A stretch of DNA of 63,696 nucleotides, filler included, from Reclinomonas americana ATCC 50394 (Eukaryota), in NCBI GenBank assembly GCA_048213135.1. It is 4 parts of one record of this genome, joined end to end, with 100 filler letters (N's around TTAATTAATTAA, not from the genome) between each part and the next. Parts side by side here need not be neighbours in the genome. Positions count along the whole stretch, not along the records: positions 1 to 19,998 come from PS015013.1; positions 20,099 to 37,231 come from PS015013.1; 2 more parts are not named here. The stretch is one strand, 5' to 3'. Positions 11,368 through 22,662 of the stretch are shown in pieces. The notes beneath the pieces are model-generated. The model saw nothing but the letters and a program-made list of their open reading frames with translations. It was not told where the DNA came from and made no database searches. A program made the translations under genes and the position numbers. Numbering within the stretch: position 1 is the first letter of the stretch; every line of letters begins with the position of its first letter.

Positions 11368-14300
11368 ATGACAAACCGGAGGCGGCAGCTTCCACCCGCA
11401 CAACACGCATGTCGTGACATCTTGGCGTTGCTGCTTGTCGTGTGTGGCGTGTGCGCTGCACTCGTCCATGTGACATGTGCACACACCGACGATGATGCAT
11501 TAGTTGGCGACAAGTCCGACGACGCGCTGCCACTTGCCCGTCGTAGTGTGCATAGCCTTGCTGCCTCCTCGGACACCCTCTGTCAAGGTGTGTTGCAGCG
11601 ATTCCCACATGAATCGGCCGCTGTGAAAGAAGGGGGACGCGCAGCATCAATAATGCTTGTTGTGCCAAGTTTTCTGCCTTGCGACTGCTCTCCTCTCTTT
11701 CTCTCTCACACACACGCACTCTGCTCATCTGCATACACGCGACAACCGATGCAGAAGCATCTCTGCGAGTGTAACGTTCATAAGCTTCCTTCACTCTGTT
11801 GCGAGACGATTCTGAGTTTTGTGTGGCGTGCATGCACAGTGCTCGTGGCTCCGCAGGGTGTCACAACAGCACCATGTGGCGACCCGAGTGTGAGCAGCAG
11901 TACACCGTGCGCGCTGAGTGCGACACTGTTGTCGTGCACGCAGCGTGGATACAACTCCGCGTCGCCTGTGTGGGCACTCGAGGTAGTCATGCAAGGCGGA
12001 GTATACGACTTGGCCGCGAGTGGATCTCAGCTGGTTGTTGTCGGTGAGATAAACAGGGAGGAGGGGGGAAGACGAGACAACAGCATGGGAGAGGGGGGAA
12101 GAAGGAGCAGACTTGATGACTTTGATGCCGCGCAGGTCGCAATGTCACCGCTTCGCCAGCTGCTGCCGCCGACACATCCGCTCCAGTCACCGTCACTGCG
12201 TCCACAGTCGCGGCCTTCTCTCTGCAAGAGGTGCCTGCGGTTGTGCTACGTGGAATCGTGTTCAGTGGTTCCACTGCGGCCGCGTTGGCCGTGCAATGGA
12301 CGTCGCCGATTGGCTCATCCGCCGCGCACGTCAGTCTCGTCGACTGCGTGTTCACGGATTCTGTGGCTTCACTGGATGCTTCGGCTGCCGGTGCGGCGCC
12401 GTCGTTGCTCACGGTAACAAACTGCACATTCATGCACCTGCGATGCGCAAGTGCATCGTTGTCGGCGTTGACGGTGAGTGGCCGGTTCGCTGCCATCTCC
12501 ATCAGCGGCTCGCTGTTTCACGACAACGTGAAATCGACCATCGATGCTTCGGGCGCCGCCGTGCTGGCCACTCAACTGCCAGCTGGAGCGGTGGTGACCA
12601 TGGTGGCCTCCAACTTCACCGACAACATGGTCGTTGGTTCATTGTCGACTGCTCTCTCCAAGGGCAGCGCTGGCGGTGGTGCAGTGTTTGTAAGTGGTGG
12701 TGGTGGCATGAATGTGACGACTACGGGGTGCAACTTTGCGACAAACTCGGCGTCCAATCTTGCTGGCAACTTCACGGGCGGTGGCGCCGTGTATCTGGTG
12801 ACGACGACGACGACGAGTGCTACAGCTATTGATATCTCATTCACCGACACGAATAGCACGTGGGTGGAGAACACGGTGACAGAGTGTGGTAACGGAGACT
12901 CACTGGCATCGCCGAACAGTATATCGCCGAACGGTGCGTCGTATGTGGGAGGCGGCGCGATATATGCGTTGAATGTGAACGCAATGTCGCTTGTGGGTTC
13001 GTGGTTCTCGGACAATGTCGTGTCGATGAGTGCGACGGGAGTGAACTGCACGGTGGGTGACCTGTGTACGGGGATAGACAACAATGCGTACGGTGGCACC
13101 AATGCCGGCGGCGGAGCAGTGTGGATGATGGCGCCAGCAGCAGCCAAACACGCACTTTTGCAGGTGACAAGAAGCGAGCTGATTTGTTTGGTGTGTACCA
13201 CTCATATGTAGATACATGCATATGCAGGTACAAGACTCCGACTTTGTCGCCAATAGTGCAGCCGCGAATTGTGTGGGCGGTAGCAACAACAACCTGCAAG
13301 GCGGTCCCATAGTCTCTGGGAACTCTGGTTTCTATTGTGGTGGTGGCGCTGTGTGGCTCAGCAGCATGCTGTCGAGTGGTGAATACGTGACGATCGATGT
13401 AAGTGTGTGGTGTAGTGAGAGGGGTGTGTGCTTCTGTCTTCACGTACATTCACTGAGGATGAGACTTGGATGCAGGTGACCTCCAGCCGCTTCATTGGGA
13501 ATAGTGCGACAGGAAATGCGTCAGGGGGAAGCAACAACAGTGGTGCCGGAGACGCGGTCGCCTCGCAGAGCACCATGATGAGCTTGTCTGGTGGTGGAGC
13601 GATATGGTCGCTTGCCTCTATTGCTGGACAAACTGAATCCGTAAAGAGTGGCCTGCAACAGCGTGTATGTCGACGACTGTTTTCAGTGTTTGCTGTTCCG
13701 ATTGTGGACTGACAGCCGTTGGACGGCAGTTTCGTGGATCGCAGTTCGTGGGCAACTCTGCAGTGGGCAACGGAAGTGGAGGGAGTAATAATGGTGGCTC
13801 GCAAAACTCGAATGTTTACGCAACGGGGGGTGGAGTTATCATGATGTATTTGTTTTCAAGTGCAACTCAGGTGCGCTTTCTTTGGCAATGATGTTGGTGT
13901 TGTTGTGCGTTGACAAGATGCCTCTGGCATGCAGGTTATTGAAAATTGTCTCTTTTTCAACAATACGGCACGTCGAAACGGAAGTGGAGGTTGCGATCTG
14001 TTGTGTGCACTGCTTTAGATTTATGTGGTTGTGTTCTGAGAGATTCGCTTTGCGACCGGTTATCCAGGCTACGGCGCAGACGGAAATGCTGGAAATTCCT
14101 ATCACGGCGGCGGTGCTCTGTGGACGGCGTTTTCGAGTCTTGGCAGTGTATCACAAGTGCGCTCACAGTGCTGCTAGTGTGCTGTTATCTTACAAAAGAA
14201 CTGAATTGCGGATGTATTTCATAGATCGACAACTGTTCGTTTGTGAGCAATGTGGCTGCCGAGAATGGCAGCGGAGGTGCGTTTAATGCCGGTCAACAAT

Positions 14301-17300
14301 CTTCATTTTCATGTCACATGTCTGCGTGCTAAGCAGCCATTCTGCTGCTGGTTTGTATACAGGACCAAATACTGGACAATACGGAAGCACCAGTGGTGGC
14401 ACCGTCGCCGGTGGTGGTGCGGCAAACATCCTGTTCTTCAACGGTGGATTGCAGGTTTGTTCGTCGTTGTAGTTGCAAGGTGGCTGTCGGGGGCATTTAC
14501 ACGTATCATTGACAACCGTACACCTGCGTAGTACGCGAGTTCTTGTAACTTCACGGACAACGTGGCCGTGTCAAACGGCGCTGGTGGTGGATGGGGTGCA
14601 AGTTTCGTGGTCTTGATTGTCAAGGCTGTCATTGTCCTCGCAAACGAAGTGACACTGTAACTCTACGTTACTAGACCCAGCGCAACAAGGATCTGCATCA
14701 GGTGGTGCCAAAAGTGGTGGTGGCGCTCTGTTTGTCTACATTGCCCAGCCATCAGATTCTGCCGCCATATTCAATCAGGTACTGCTCGCAACACAAAAAC
14801 ACTCCAACATCGTCGAATACTGCAGTCTACACCCCCAGTATATGGCCAACATGACACTCTGCAGACCATTGTAGACTGTCGGTTCTTCAACAACTCAGCG
14901 ATTGGAAACGGTTCAGGCGGTAAGTGTGCATGATTTTTAGTCTTTTTTGTCTAGGCCATGCACTGACTTGCTGCTTGTCTGCCACAACAAGGTCGCTCGC
15001 AATCGGATTCCGGAGCTGCAGGCGGTCTAAGCGGAGGTGGTGCACTTTTTAATTACTTCGATGGTGGAGGCCAAGGGCGAAGTGCATCGCAGGTAGGAAC
15101 ATTGAGGTCTCGTCAGATGCACAACTGCGCCTCCAGTCGTCCTGAAAATTCATGAACGCCCGTGCAGACCATACTGCGTACATCCTTTGTTGGCAATCGA
15201 GCAGTCAATAACGGAAGTGGTGGTTGGTTGTTGGCTATGAGTTGATGGCTCTCGGAGTTCACTGAGTCGACTCTCACGACAGGTGTTGGCAGCAATGCAA
15301 GAAGTGCTGCGTACCAGAACGGTGGCGGAGCTATGTGGACATTCTTCAGTGTACCAGCAGTGCAGGTAACTATACACAACAACCATGTATATGAGTCTCT
15401 TGCGAAGTGCGTGAGTGCCATTACTCGCAGATCATCGACACGTCATCCTTCCTGGAAAACGTTGCCGAGGGGAATGGAAGTGGTGGCATCGTTGGTTTGT
15501 TGTGTGCATCACATATTTACGACTCTATCTCTAGTTACATCTACAGTTCTCACTCTGATTGCTTGGCGTGACTATATTCAGGTTTCGTTTCTGCAAGAAC
15601 GCCCGCCAGCAGTGCTAGTATTGGTGGATTCAATGGCGGAGGCTGTGTCTGGGTGCTGTTTTTGGTCCAGGCAACTCAGGTCTTGCCATAGGGCGACAGC
15701 GGAACTTGGTCAATTCACTCACTTATTTTCAGGTGATCAAGAACACATCCATTGCGAATAATGCGGCGAGGTGGAACGGCTCTGGGGGTGAGTACGTGTC
15801 GCCCAGTCTTCGCTGTTTGCTTGTATAGAAGTTGACATGAGTGTTGTCGACAACGCTGCACAGGGCAAGTAGCACTCGTCAGAGTAGGCTTGGCAGACAG
15901 CACCGGTGGCAACAACGGCGGTGGTGGCCTGTGGGTTCAGTTTTCAAGTTTCAATACTCTTCTCAGCATTNNNNNNNNNNNNNNNNNNNNNNNNNNNNNN
16001 NNNNNNNNNNNNNNNNNNNNNNNNNNNNNNNNNNNNNNNNNNNNNNNNNNNNNNNNNNNNNNNNNNNNNNNNNNNNNNNNNNNNNNNNNNNNNNNNNNNN
16101 NNNNNNNNNNNNNNNNNNNNNNNNNNNNNNNNNNNNNNNNNNNNNNNNNNNNNNNNNNNNNNNNNNNNNNNNNNNNNNNNNNNNNNNNNNNNNNNNNNNN
16201 NNNNNNNNNNNNNNNNNNNNNNNNNNNNNNNNNNNNNNNNNNNNNNNNNNNNNNNNNNNNNNNNNNNNNNNNNNNNNNNNNNNNNNNNNNNNNNNNNNNN
16301 NNNNNNNNNNNNNNNNNNNNNNNNNNNNNNNNNNNNNNNNNNNNNNNNNNNNNNNNNNNNNNNNNNNNNNNNNNNNNNNNNNNNNNNNNNNNNNNNNNNN
16401 NNNNNNNNNNNNNNNNNNNNNNNNNNNNNNNNNNNNNNNNNNNNNNNNNNNNNNNNNNNNNNNNNNNNNNNNNNNNNNNNNNNNNNNNNNNNNNNNNNNN
16501 NNNNNNNNNNNNNNNNNNNNNNNNNNNNNNNNNNNNNNNNNNNNNNNNNNNNNNNNNNNNNNNNNNNNNNNNNNNNNNNNNNNNNNNNNNNNNNNNNNNN
16601 NNNNNNNNNNNNNNNNNNNNNNNNNNNNNNNNNNNNNNNNNNNNNNNNNNNNNNNNNNNNNNNNNNNNNNNNNNNNNNNNNNNNNNNNNNNNNNNNNNNN
16701 NNNNNNNNNNNNNNNNNNNNNNNNNNNNNNNNNNNNNCCGTCTCGCAGGGAGCGATTTCCCACGAATTTGCAGGTGGAGATGGCAGCGTCGACCTGTGCA
16801 CACACACACAGTCAGTTTTATGTGGGACGATGTCTACGGTGTACGAAAACCCACTCCAGTAGCCTCGGTCGCCGAAGCCACCAGCAGCACCGCTCCGCCT
16901 CCATGGAAGCCACCAGCCGAAGATCCATTGCTGGTGCGGCTGCCGCCAGCACCGTTGTTAGCCGAAGTGTTGTCGATGAACACAGACTGGGTGAGTGACT
17001 GCATGTGATTCGTGAGATGCGTGATGAATCTTTAAAGGCCTTGAAAGCAACGACGGTTGAAAACGAACAAACGATGCTTGTGTCGTTGATGGTGGCGAGT
17101 ACACAAGCAGAGCACCACCGCCACAGTACGTCGTAGATGACAGTGCAGAGGAGCTCAAGAGACTTCCACTGCCACCATTGCCTGAGTGATGACCATACAC
17201 AGTGCAGTGTTAAATCACGGTCAAAATTTCGCTGGCGACGACGAACAAACTACGCGGTTATGATCACCGTTCCCTGAAGCGGTGTTGTTTGTAAACGTGC

Positions 17301-19998
17301 ATGAGGTGATCTGCGAGTATCGTCATAAGCGGGAGTCACACAATCAGAAGTGCTCTGACCTGCGAGTTTCACAGAAAACATGAGTTGACGATTCCCCTTC
17401 GGCCTCACCTGCATCGTTCCACTGACGACGGCCAGCATTGCGCCACCGCCGTCCACAGAACCCGAACTGTCGGCCCTGCCGACATTGACTCCTCCAGCTG
17501 AATTGCCCACGGCACTGTTACCCACAAAGTGACAGTCGGACATGTTGAGCTGTTCGGAACCCACCAGTCTGTCAAGTGCGAAAGCGAAAACATGCATAGT
17601 GCAGATTGATCATTGCAAACCGCAATGTTGGTGCCCTGCTGCAACCAGAGTGCGCCGCCACCATTTTGGGAGCCGATGGCATTGCCGACCAGACTGGCCG
17701 TGCCGCCGACACCATTCGACGAGGCAGAGTTGCCGGTGAATGTCAAGTTGCGTAGCTCCATTGACCACGATTCAGCTGCTGACATGTCGACAGTACTGAT
17801 CCACAGTGCACCACCGCCGTTGCTGCCACCGGAACTGGTTGCTGAAAACTGGGGGCCTGTGCAGAGGAGGATTGATGCGAAGAAGTGATGCTCGTTGGCA
17901 CGCAGCACTCAGCAACAACTGGCACACAGAGATCGTGAAAAAAAGCACCTGAAACACCTCCACAACCGTTTCCCACCGCCGTGTTGTTCGTGAAGACGGT
18001 GTCCGTNNNNNNNNNNNNNNNNNNNNNNNNNNNNNNNNNNNNNNNNNNNNNNNNNNNNNNNNNNNNNNNNNNNNNNNNNNNNNNNNNNNNNNNNNNNNNN
18101 NNNNNNNNNNNNNNNNNNNNNNNNNNNNNNNNNNNNNNNNNNNNNNNNNNNNNNNNNNNNNNNNNNNNNNNNNNNNNNNNNNNNNNNNNNNNNNNNNNNN
18201 NNNNNNNNNNNNNNNNNNNNNNNNNNNNNNNNNNNNNNNNNNNNNNNNNNNNNNNNNNNNNNNNNNNNNNNNNNNNNNNNNNNNNNNNNNNNNNNNNNNN
18301 NNNNNNNNNNNNNNNNNNNNNNNNNNNNNNNNNNNNNNNNNNNNNNNNNNNNNNNNNNNNNNNNNNNNNNNNNNNNNNNNNNNNNNNNNNNNNNNNNNNN
18401 NNNNNNNNNNNNNNNNNNNNNNNNNNNNNNNNNNNNNNNNNNNNNNNNNNNNNNNNNNNNNNNNNNNNNNNNNNNNNNNNNNNNNNNNNNNNNNNNNNNN
18501 NNNNNNNNNNNNNNNNNNNNNNNNNNNNNNNNNNNNNNNNNNNNNNNNNNNNNNNNNNNNNNNNNNNNNNNNNNNNNNNNNNNNNNNNNNNNNNNNNNNN
18601 NNNNNTCTACGTGGAAGGCGCGGCTTCCGTGCTGCTTGTGGACTGTCTCTTGCAATCGAACAATGCCACCCTCTCGGCCGGTGGCATCTACATGTCACAA
18701 GCGGCCAACGTGACCACACGTCACACCCGGTTTATCGGAAACACTGCCGCCACCGCCGGCGGTCACCTGGCGTCAGTTGGCCTGGGGACCTGGACGGATC
18801 ATAACAGCACGCTGAGCAGCGGCACCAGCGGTCTCGATGGCGGAGCCGTCTATATCCTCGGTCAGTCGATTACGGCATTGTCGAACTCAACGTTTTCCGC
18901 CAACAGTGCCAGGCAAGGAGGCGGTGCAGTGAGCGTTGCAGAATCGGCAGTGATGCAGGCCGAGAATGTGATGTTCAAATCCAACAATGCACAAACGGGG
19001 GGTGCAGTGGAAACAGCCGACTCACCCACCGTGCACTTCGCTGGCACTGAGTTCCGATCCAACATTGCTGTTGACGCTGGTGGCGGTATGTTTGCTGGTG
19101 GCTCTGCCACAGTGGCTTGCATCGAGTGCCGATTTGTGTCCAATCAAGCTATGATGGGTGACGGAGGTGGTGCGAGTGTGGCCAACAGCACGAGCACGTC
19201 GATTGTGGGTTCACAGTTCTTTGACAACGTCTCTGGTAGTCGCGGTGGTGGACTGTCTGTCAACATGACAGCCGCCTCTGCATCGTCCACCCCCGGTACC
19301 GCAGCGGTCGATCCCATGGGAGTGTTGCTGCTCGACGTGGTCTTTGACAACAACGGCGCTGTTGCTGAGTCTGGTGGGAAGCATCTGTTGGGTGAAGGTG
19401 CAGGAGGTGGAGTATTCTGGAACGGCGGCACCGAGCCTCACGCCCTGTCGACGGTGGCAAGCACTGTCAATGCATCGGGAGGCTGGTCGCAGTGGTCGGC
19501 GCAGCGCAGACTGACGATGCTCGGCAACTATGCCACCAATGCACACGCAGCCGACGTGGGTAGTAGTTGCGTAATACTCCAACACCACGCCTTTCTATGG
19601 TTCTTGTGTGTACTTACGTAATGTGTGATCACGATGACACGCGCGCGTGTTGCAGCCATGTACACGGTCGTTGTTGATGAAATCAATGGCGAGGCGTACC
19701 CGTCGCCCAGTGAGCCGAGAAAGATCACTGTCAACGCCACCGACTGCTTCGGCAACTTCATGTCAACACTCGACAACACGCTGATCAGTCTCTCGTGCAG
19801 CAATTCTGGATGCAGTCAAGAAGTTGCGGCCGCGTGTGCGCGTGCGATGAGTTCTTCTGAAGAGTGCTGACACAGCGCGCGACATTTGCAGACATCATCG
19901 CAAACGCAGGCTGCGAGCAATGGAACAGCCGTGTTCCAGCTGATTGTCGTGCAACGAGCAGTAGAACTGTCATCTGCACAGCGCCAGCAGCTCACCAT
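11368..19998 (+). CDS. Large secreted/surface protein with polymorphic-membrane-protein-like GGA(I/L/V) and FxxN repeats (right-handed beta-helix); interrupted by gaps, 3' end missing
   Basis: Signal-like ILALLLVVCGVCAALVHVTCA. Dozens of motifs such as FTDN, FATNSA, GGGAVY, FVGNSAVGNGSGG, FSANSARQGGGAV and FRSNIAVDAGGGM. Many GT-AG introns at repeat-equivalent positions. Confidence 0.8.
16738..18006 (-). CDS. Internal exons of the same GGA/FxxN-repeat gene on a contig placed in the opposite orientation
   Basis: Minus-strand TVFTNNTAVGNGCG, GGSNGGGALWIS, FTGNSASSNGVGG and FVGNSAVGNSAGG; bounded on both sides by N gaps. Confidence 0.75.
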
Positions 19999-20042
19999 NN
20001 NNNNNNNNNNNNNNNNNNNNNNNNNNNNNNNNNNNNNNNNNN

Positions 20043-20054
20043 TTAATTAATTAA
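20043..20054. other. Artificial six-frame-stop contig linker TTAATTAATTAA
   Basis: 12-mer centred in N padding; identical copies at 37276-37287 and 52052-52063. Confidence 0.95.
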
Positions 20055-20221
20055 NNNNNNNNNNNNNNNNNNNNNNNNNNNNNNNNNNNNNNNNNNNNGG
20101 GAAGAGAGAAGGGGAAGGGAGCGGAAGAAAAGAGGGAGGGGGAAGGGAGCTGGAGATGGCAGAGTGAGAAGGAGAGAGGGACTCAGGCGTTCATTTCCTA
20201 ACTCGACGTATTCGCTCCCAG

Positions 20222-20970
20222 GCGGCGGTCATTGTGCCCATGCTGCAGCGGATAGGCACGCTGTGGAACGACTCGGAGGTCATGGAACACGTCTTGTGGG
20301 GCTTTGCCTTTGTGGCTGAGCCATGGGATGGCTTGCTGCTGCAGCATCCGTGGTCTGTGCGCGTCATGCTGTGGGCCATGCAGGGCAGGATGATGGACGG
20401 AAGGTGCGTCACTGCGTGCATTGCCTTGACTCGCGCAACCATGCCAACCGCGTGTGCGTGCCCAGAGATCCGCCGACGCCAGTGGCGCTGGAGGCTGCAG
20501 TGCGCGCGTTTGGCAGCTTTGCCGCCGGTCCCGACGCCAACGTGGCGGTGAGTGTGGGACACTCTGCATGTGAGTGCGTTTTGTGTGTGCCGCCTCACTC
20601 TGCCCTCTCTCTCTCTCTCTCTCTCTGTCTCAGCTGCTGCTGGAGCTCGGTGTCTTGGAGGCTGCTTTGCCGCTGACTCGTCACCCCAAGACCGCCATTC
20701 GGAAAGAGTTGTGCTGGGGCCTCTCCAACATCACTGCCGGCACGCCGGAGCAGATTGATGTGCGTGTCGCTGTCGTTGTTAACGATTTGCTAACGGGGTG
20801 GTGCTGATCATATTTTTTTTATCGCACAGACATTTGTGCAAGCACCGCTGTTTGGAGAAATGTTGCGCCTGTGTCGCGACCCGCAGCGCAATGTGTCGCA
20901 CGAGGCGTTGTATGTGGTGTCGAATGCCACTGGCTGTTCGCAGAGATCCACCATTCAGTGCGTGTGCTTG
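20222..20970 (+). CDS. Importin-alpha-like ARM-repeat protein, C-terminal exons (contig inverted relative to the N-terminal part)
   Basis: EVMEHVLWGFAFVAE, LEAAVRAFGSFAAGPDANVA, AIRKELCWGLSNITAGTPEQID and VSHEALYVVSNATG are importin-alpha ARM repeats. The phase-0 acceptor at 20221 matches the phase-0 donor at 21720 on the - strand. Confidence 0.8.
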
Positions 20971-21720
20971 ANNNNNNNNNNNNNNNNNNNNNNNNNNNNN
21001 NNNNNNNNNNNNNNNNNNNNNNNNNNNNNNNNNNNNNNNNNNNNNNNNNNNNNNNNNNNNNNNNNNNNNNNNNNNNNNNNNNNNNNNNNNNNNNNNNNNN
21101 NNNNNNNNNNNNNNNNNNNNNNNNNNNNNNNNNNNNNNNNNNNNNNNNNNNNNNNNNNNNNNNNNNNNNNNNNNNNNNNNNNNNNNNNNNNNNNNNNNNN
21201 NNNNNNNNNNNNNNNNNNNNNNNNNNNNNNNNNNNNNNNNNNNNNNNNNNNNNNNNNNNNNNNNNNNNNNNNNNNNNNNNNNNNNNNNNNNNNNNNNNNN
21301 NNNNNNNNNNNNNNNNNNNNNNNNNNNNNNNNNNNNNNNNNNNNNNNNNNNNNNNNNNNNNNNNNNNNNNNNNNNNNNNNNNNNNNNNNNNNNNNNNNNN
21401 NNNNNNNNNNNNNNNNNNNNNNNNNNNNNNNNNNNNNNNNNNNNNNNNNNNNNNNNNNNNNNNNNNNNNNNNNNNNNNNNNNNNNNNNNNNNNNNNNNNN
21501 NNNNNNNNNNNNNNNNNNNNNNNNNNNNNNNNNNNNNNNNNNNNNNNNNNNNNNNNNNNNNNNNNNNNNNNNNNNNNNNNNNNNNNNNNNNNNNNNNNNN
21601 NNNNNNNNNNNNNNNNNNNNNNNNNNNNNNNNNNNNNNNNNNNNNNNNNNNNNNNTTTCCCTCCTCCTCCCCTTTCCCTCCGCTTCCCTGCCCCCTTTCC
21701 TCCCCCTTCCCCATACCCAC

Positions 21721-22610
21721 CATTTCTTCGCTCACAACCGGCTTCCAGCGGCACAGATTGGAGAGCGACCACGCCACGTTGCGCACGAGCCCGATGCTCA
21801 CCGCCGGATTGGCGGAATCACCCGCGTCTTGCGCATCCGGATCGCAATGCAACAGCGTAAACAACTTGACATGCATCGCTCGACCCAGCAGCATATCACG
21901 CAATTCCGCACAGTCGCCCGACACGTTGCCGATGAACCACACCGCCTGCGAGCGACGTGACATGAAAAGACCGCAAGTGGCGCGCGAGGCACACACACAC
22001 ACACAAAGGTTACCTGTTCGCGAACATCAGAGCTCGGCGACAGGAGACACCGTTCGACATCCGGCAGCACCCCCGACGTCATCACCGCCATGGTCTGATC
22101 ATGCGACCCCGATGCCACATTCGACAAGATCCACAGGCACTCAAACTGCACATGCACACGTGAGTCAAAAAACAGTCAGTGGTCATCATCATTCCTCACC
22201 TGCAACTCATGCGACTGCTCCTGCCGCACTCCATTGACTACAGTTTCCAACGCTTCATCGGTATCCAAGAACGCCTGCAACGTGCCATCCTGCGCCGCAC
22301 TCTCTGCACAAACACGTCACATGACCGAAATAACACACACACACTCGCGCGCGCGCACACACACACCAGTAGACACCAAGCGACGAATGCTATGTGCGCC
22401 CGACACCTGCTCCGCCATGGTACCAACGCGGATCATGTTCACACCACGTTGAATCTGTTCTCGCGTGTGTGTGTGTGTGTGAGAGAGACAGTGTGCATCA
22501 TACGCGCACACACAATCAAGCAAGCAAAACGCAACTCGCTGAGCCACATTATGAGGTTCCTCAGCGCCAAACTGCCTGACTGCATTGTTCTCTGCGATCT
22601 TCTCCGCCAT
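21721..22610 (-). CDS. Importin-alpha-like ARM-repeat protein, N-terminal exons
   Basis: ATG 22610. HSIRRLVSTE...ELQFECLWILSNVASGSHDQT, DVREQAVWFIGNVSGDCAELRD and LVRNVAWSLSNLCRWKP are classic importin-alpha ARM1-4 motifs. Confidence 0.85.
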
Positions 22611-22662
22611 GGTTCGCGCGACAAAGGAGGACACAGGACGTGAGTTGTCTTCATATCATTGC

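Noticed and set aside
16738-18006. Antisense copy of the GGA/FxxN repeats suggesting an invertible phase-variation cassette
   Set aside because: Both ends are N gaps, no recombinase or inverted repeats are visible, and the same mis-orientation affects housekeeping genes (importin, prohibitin)
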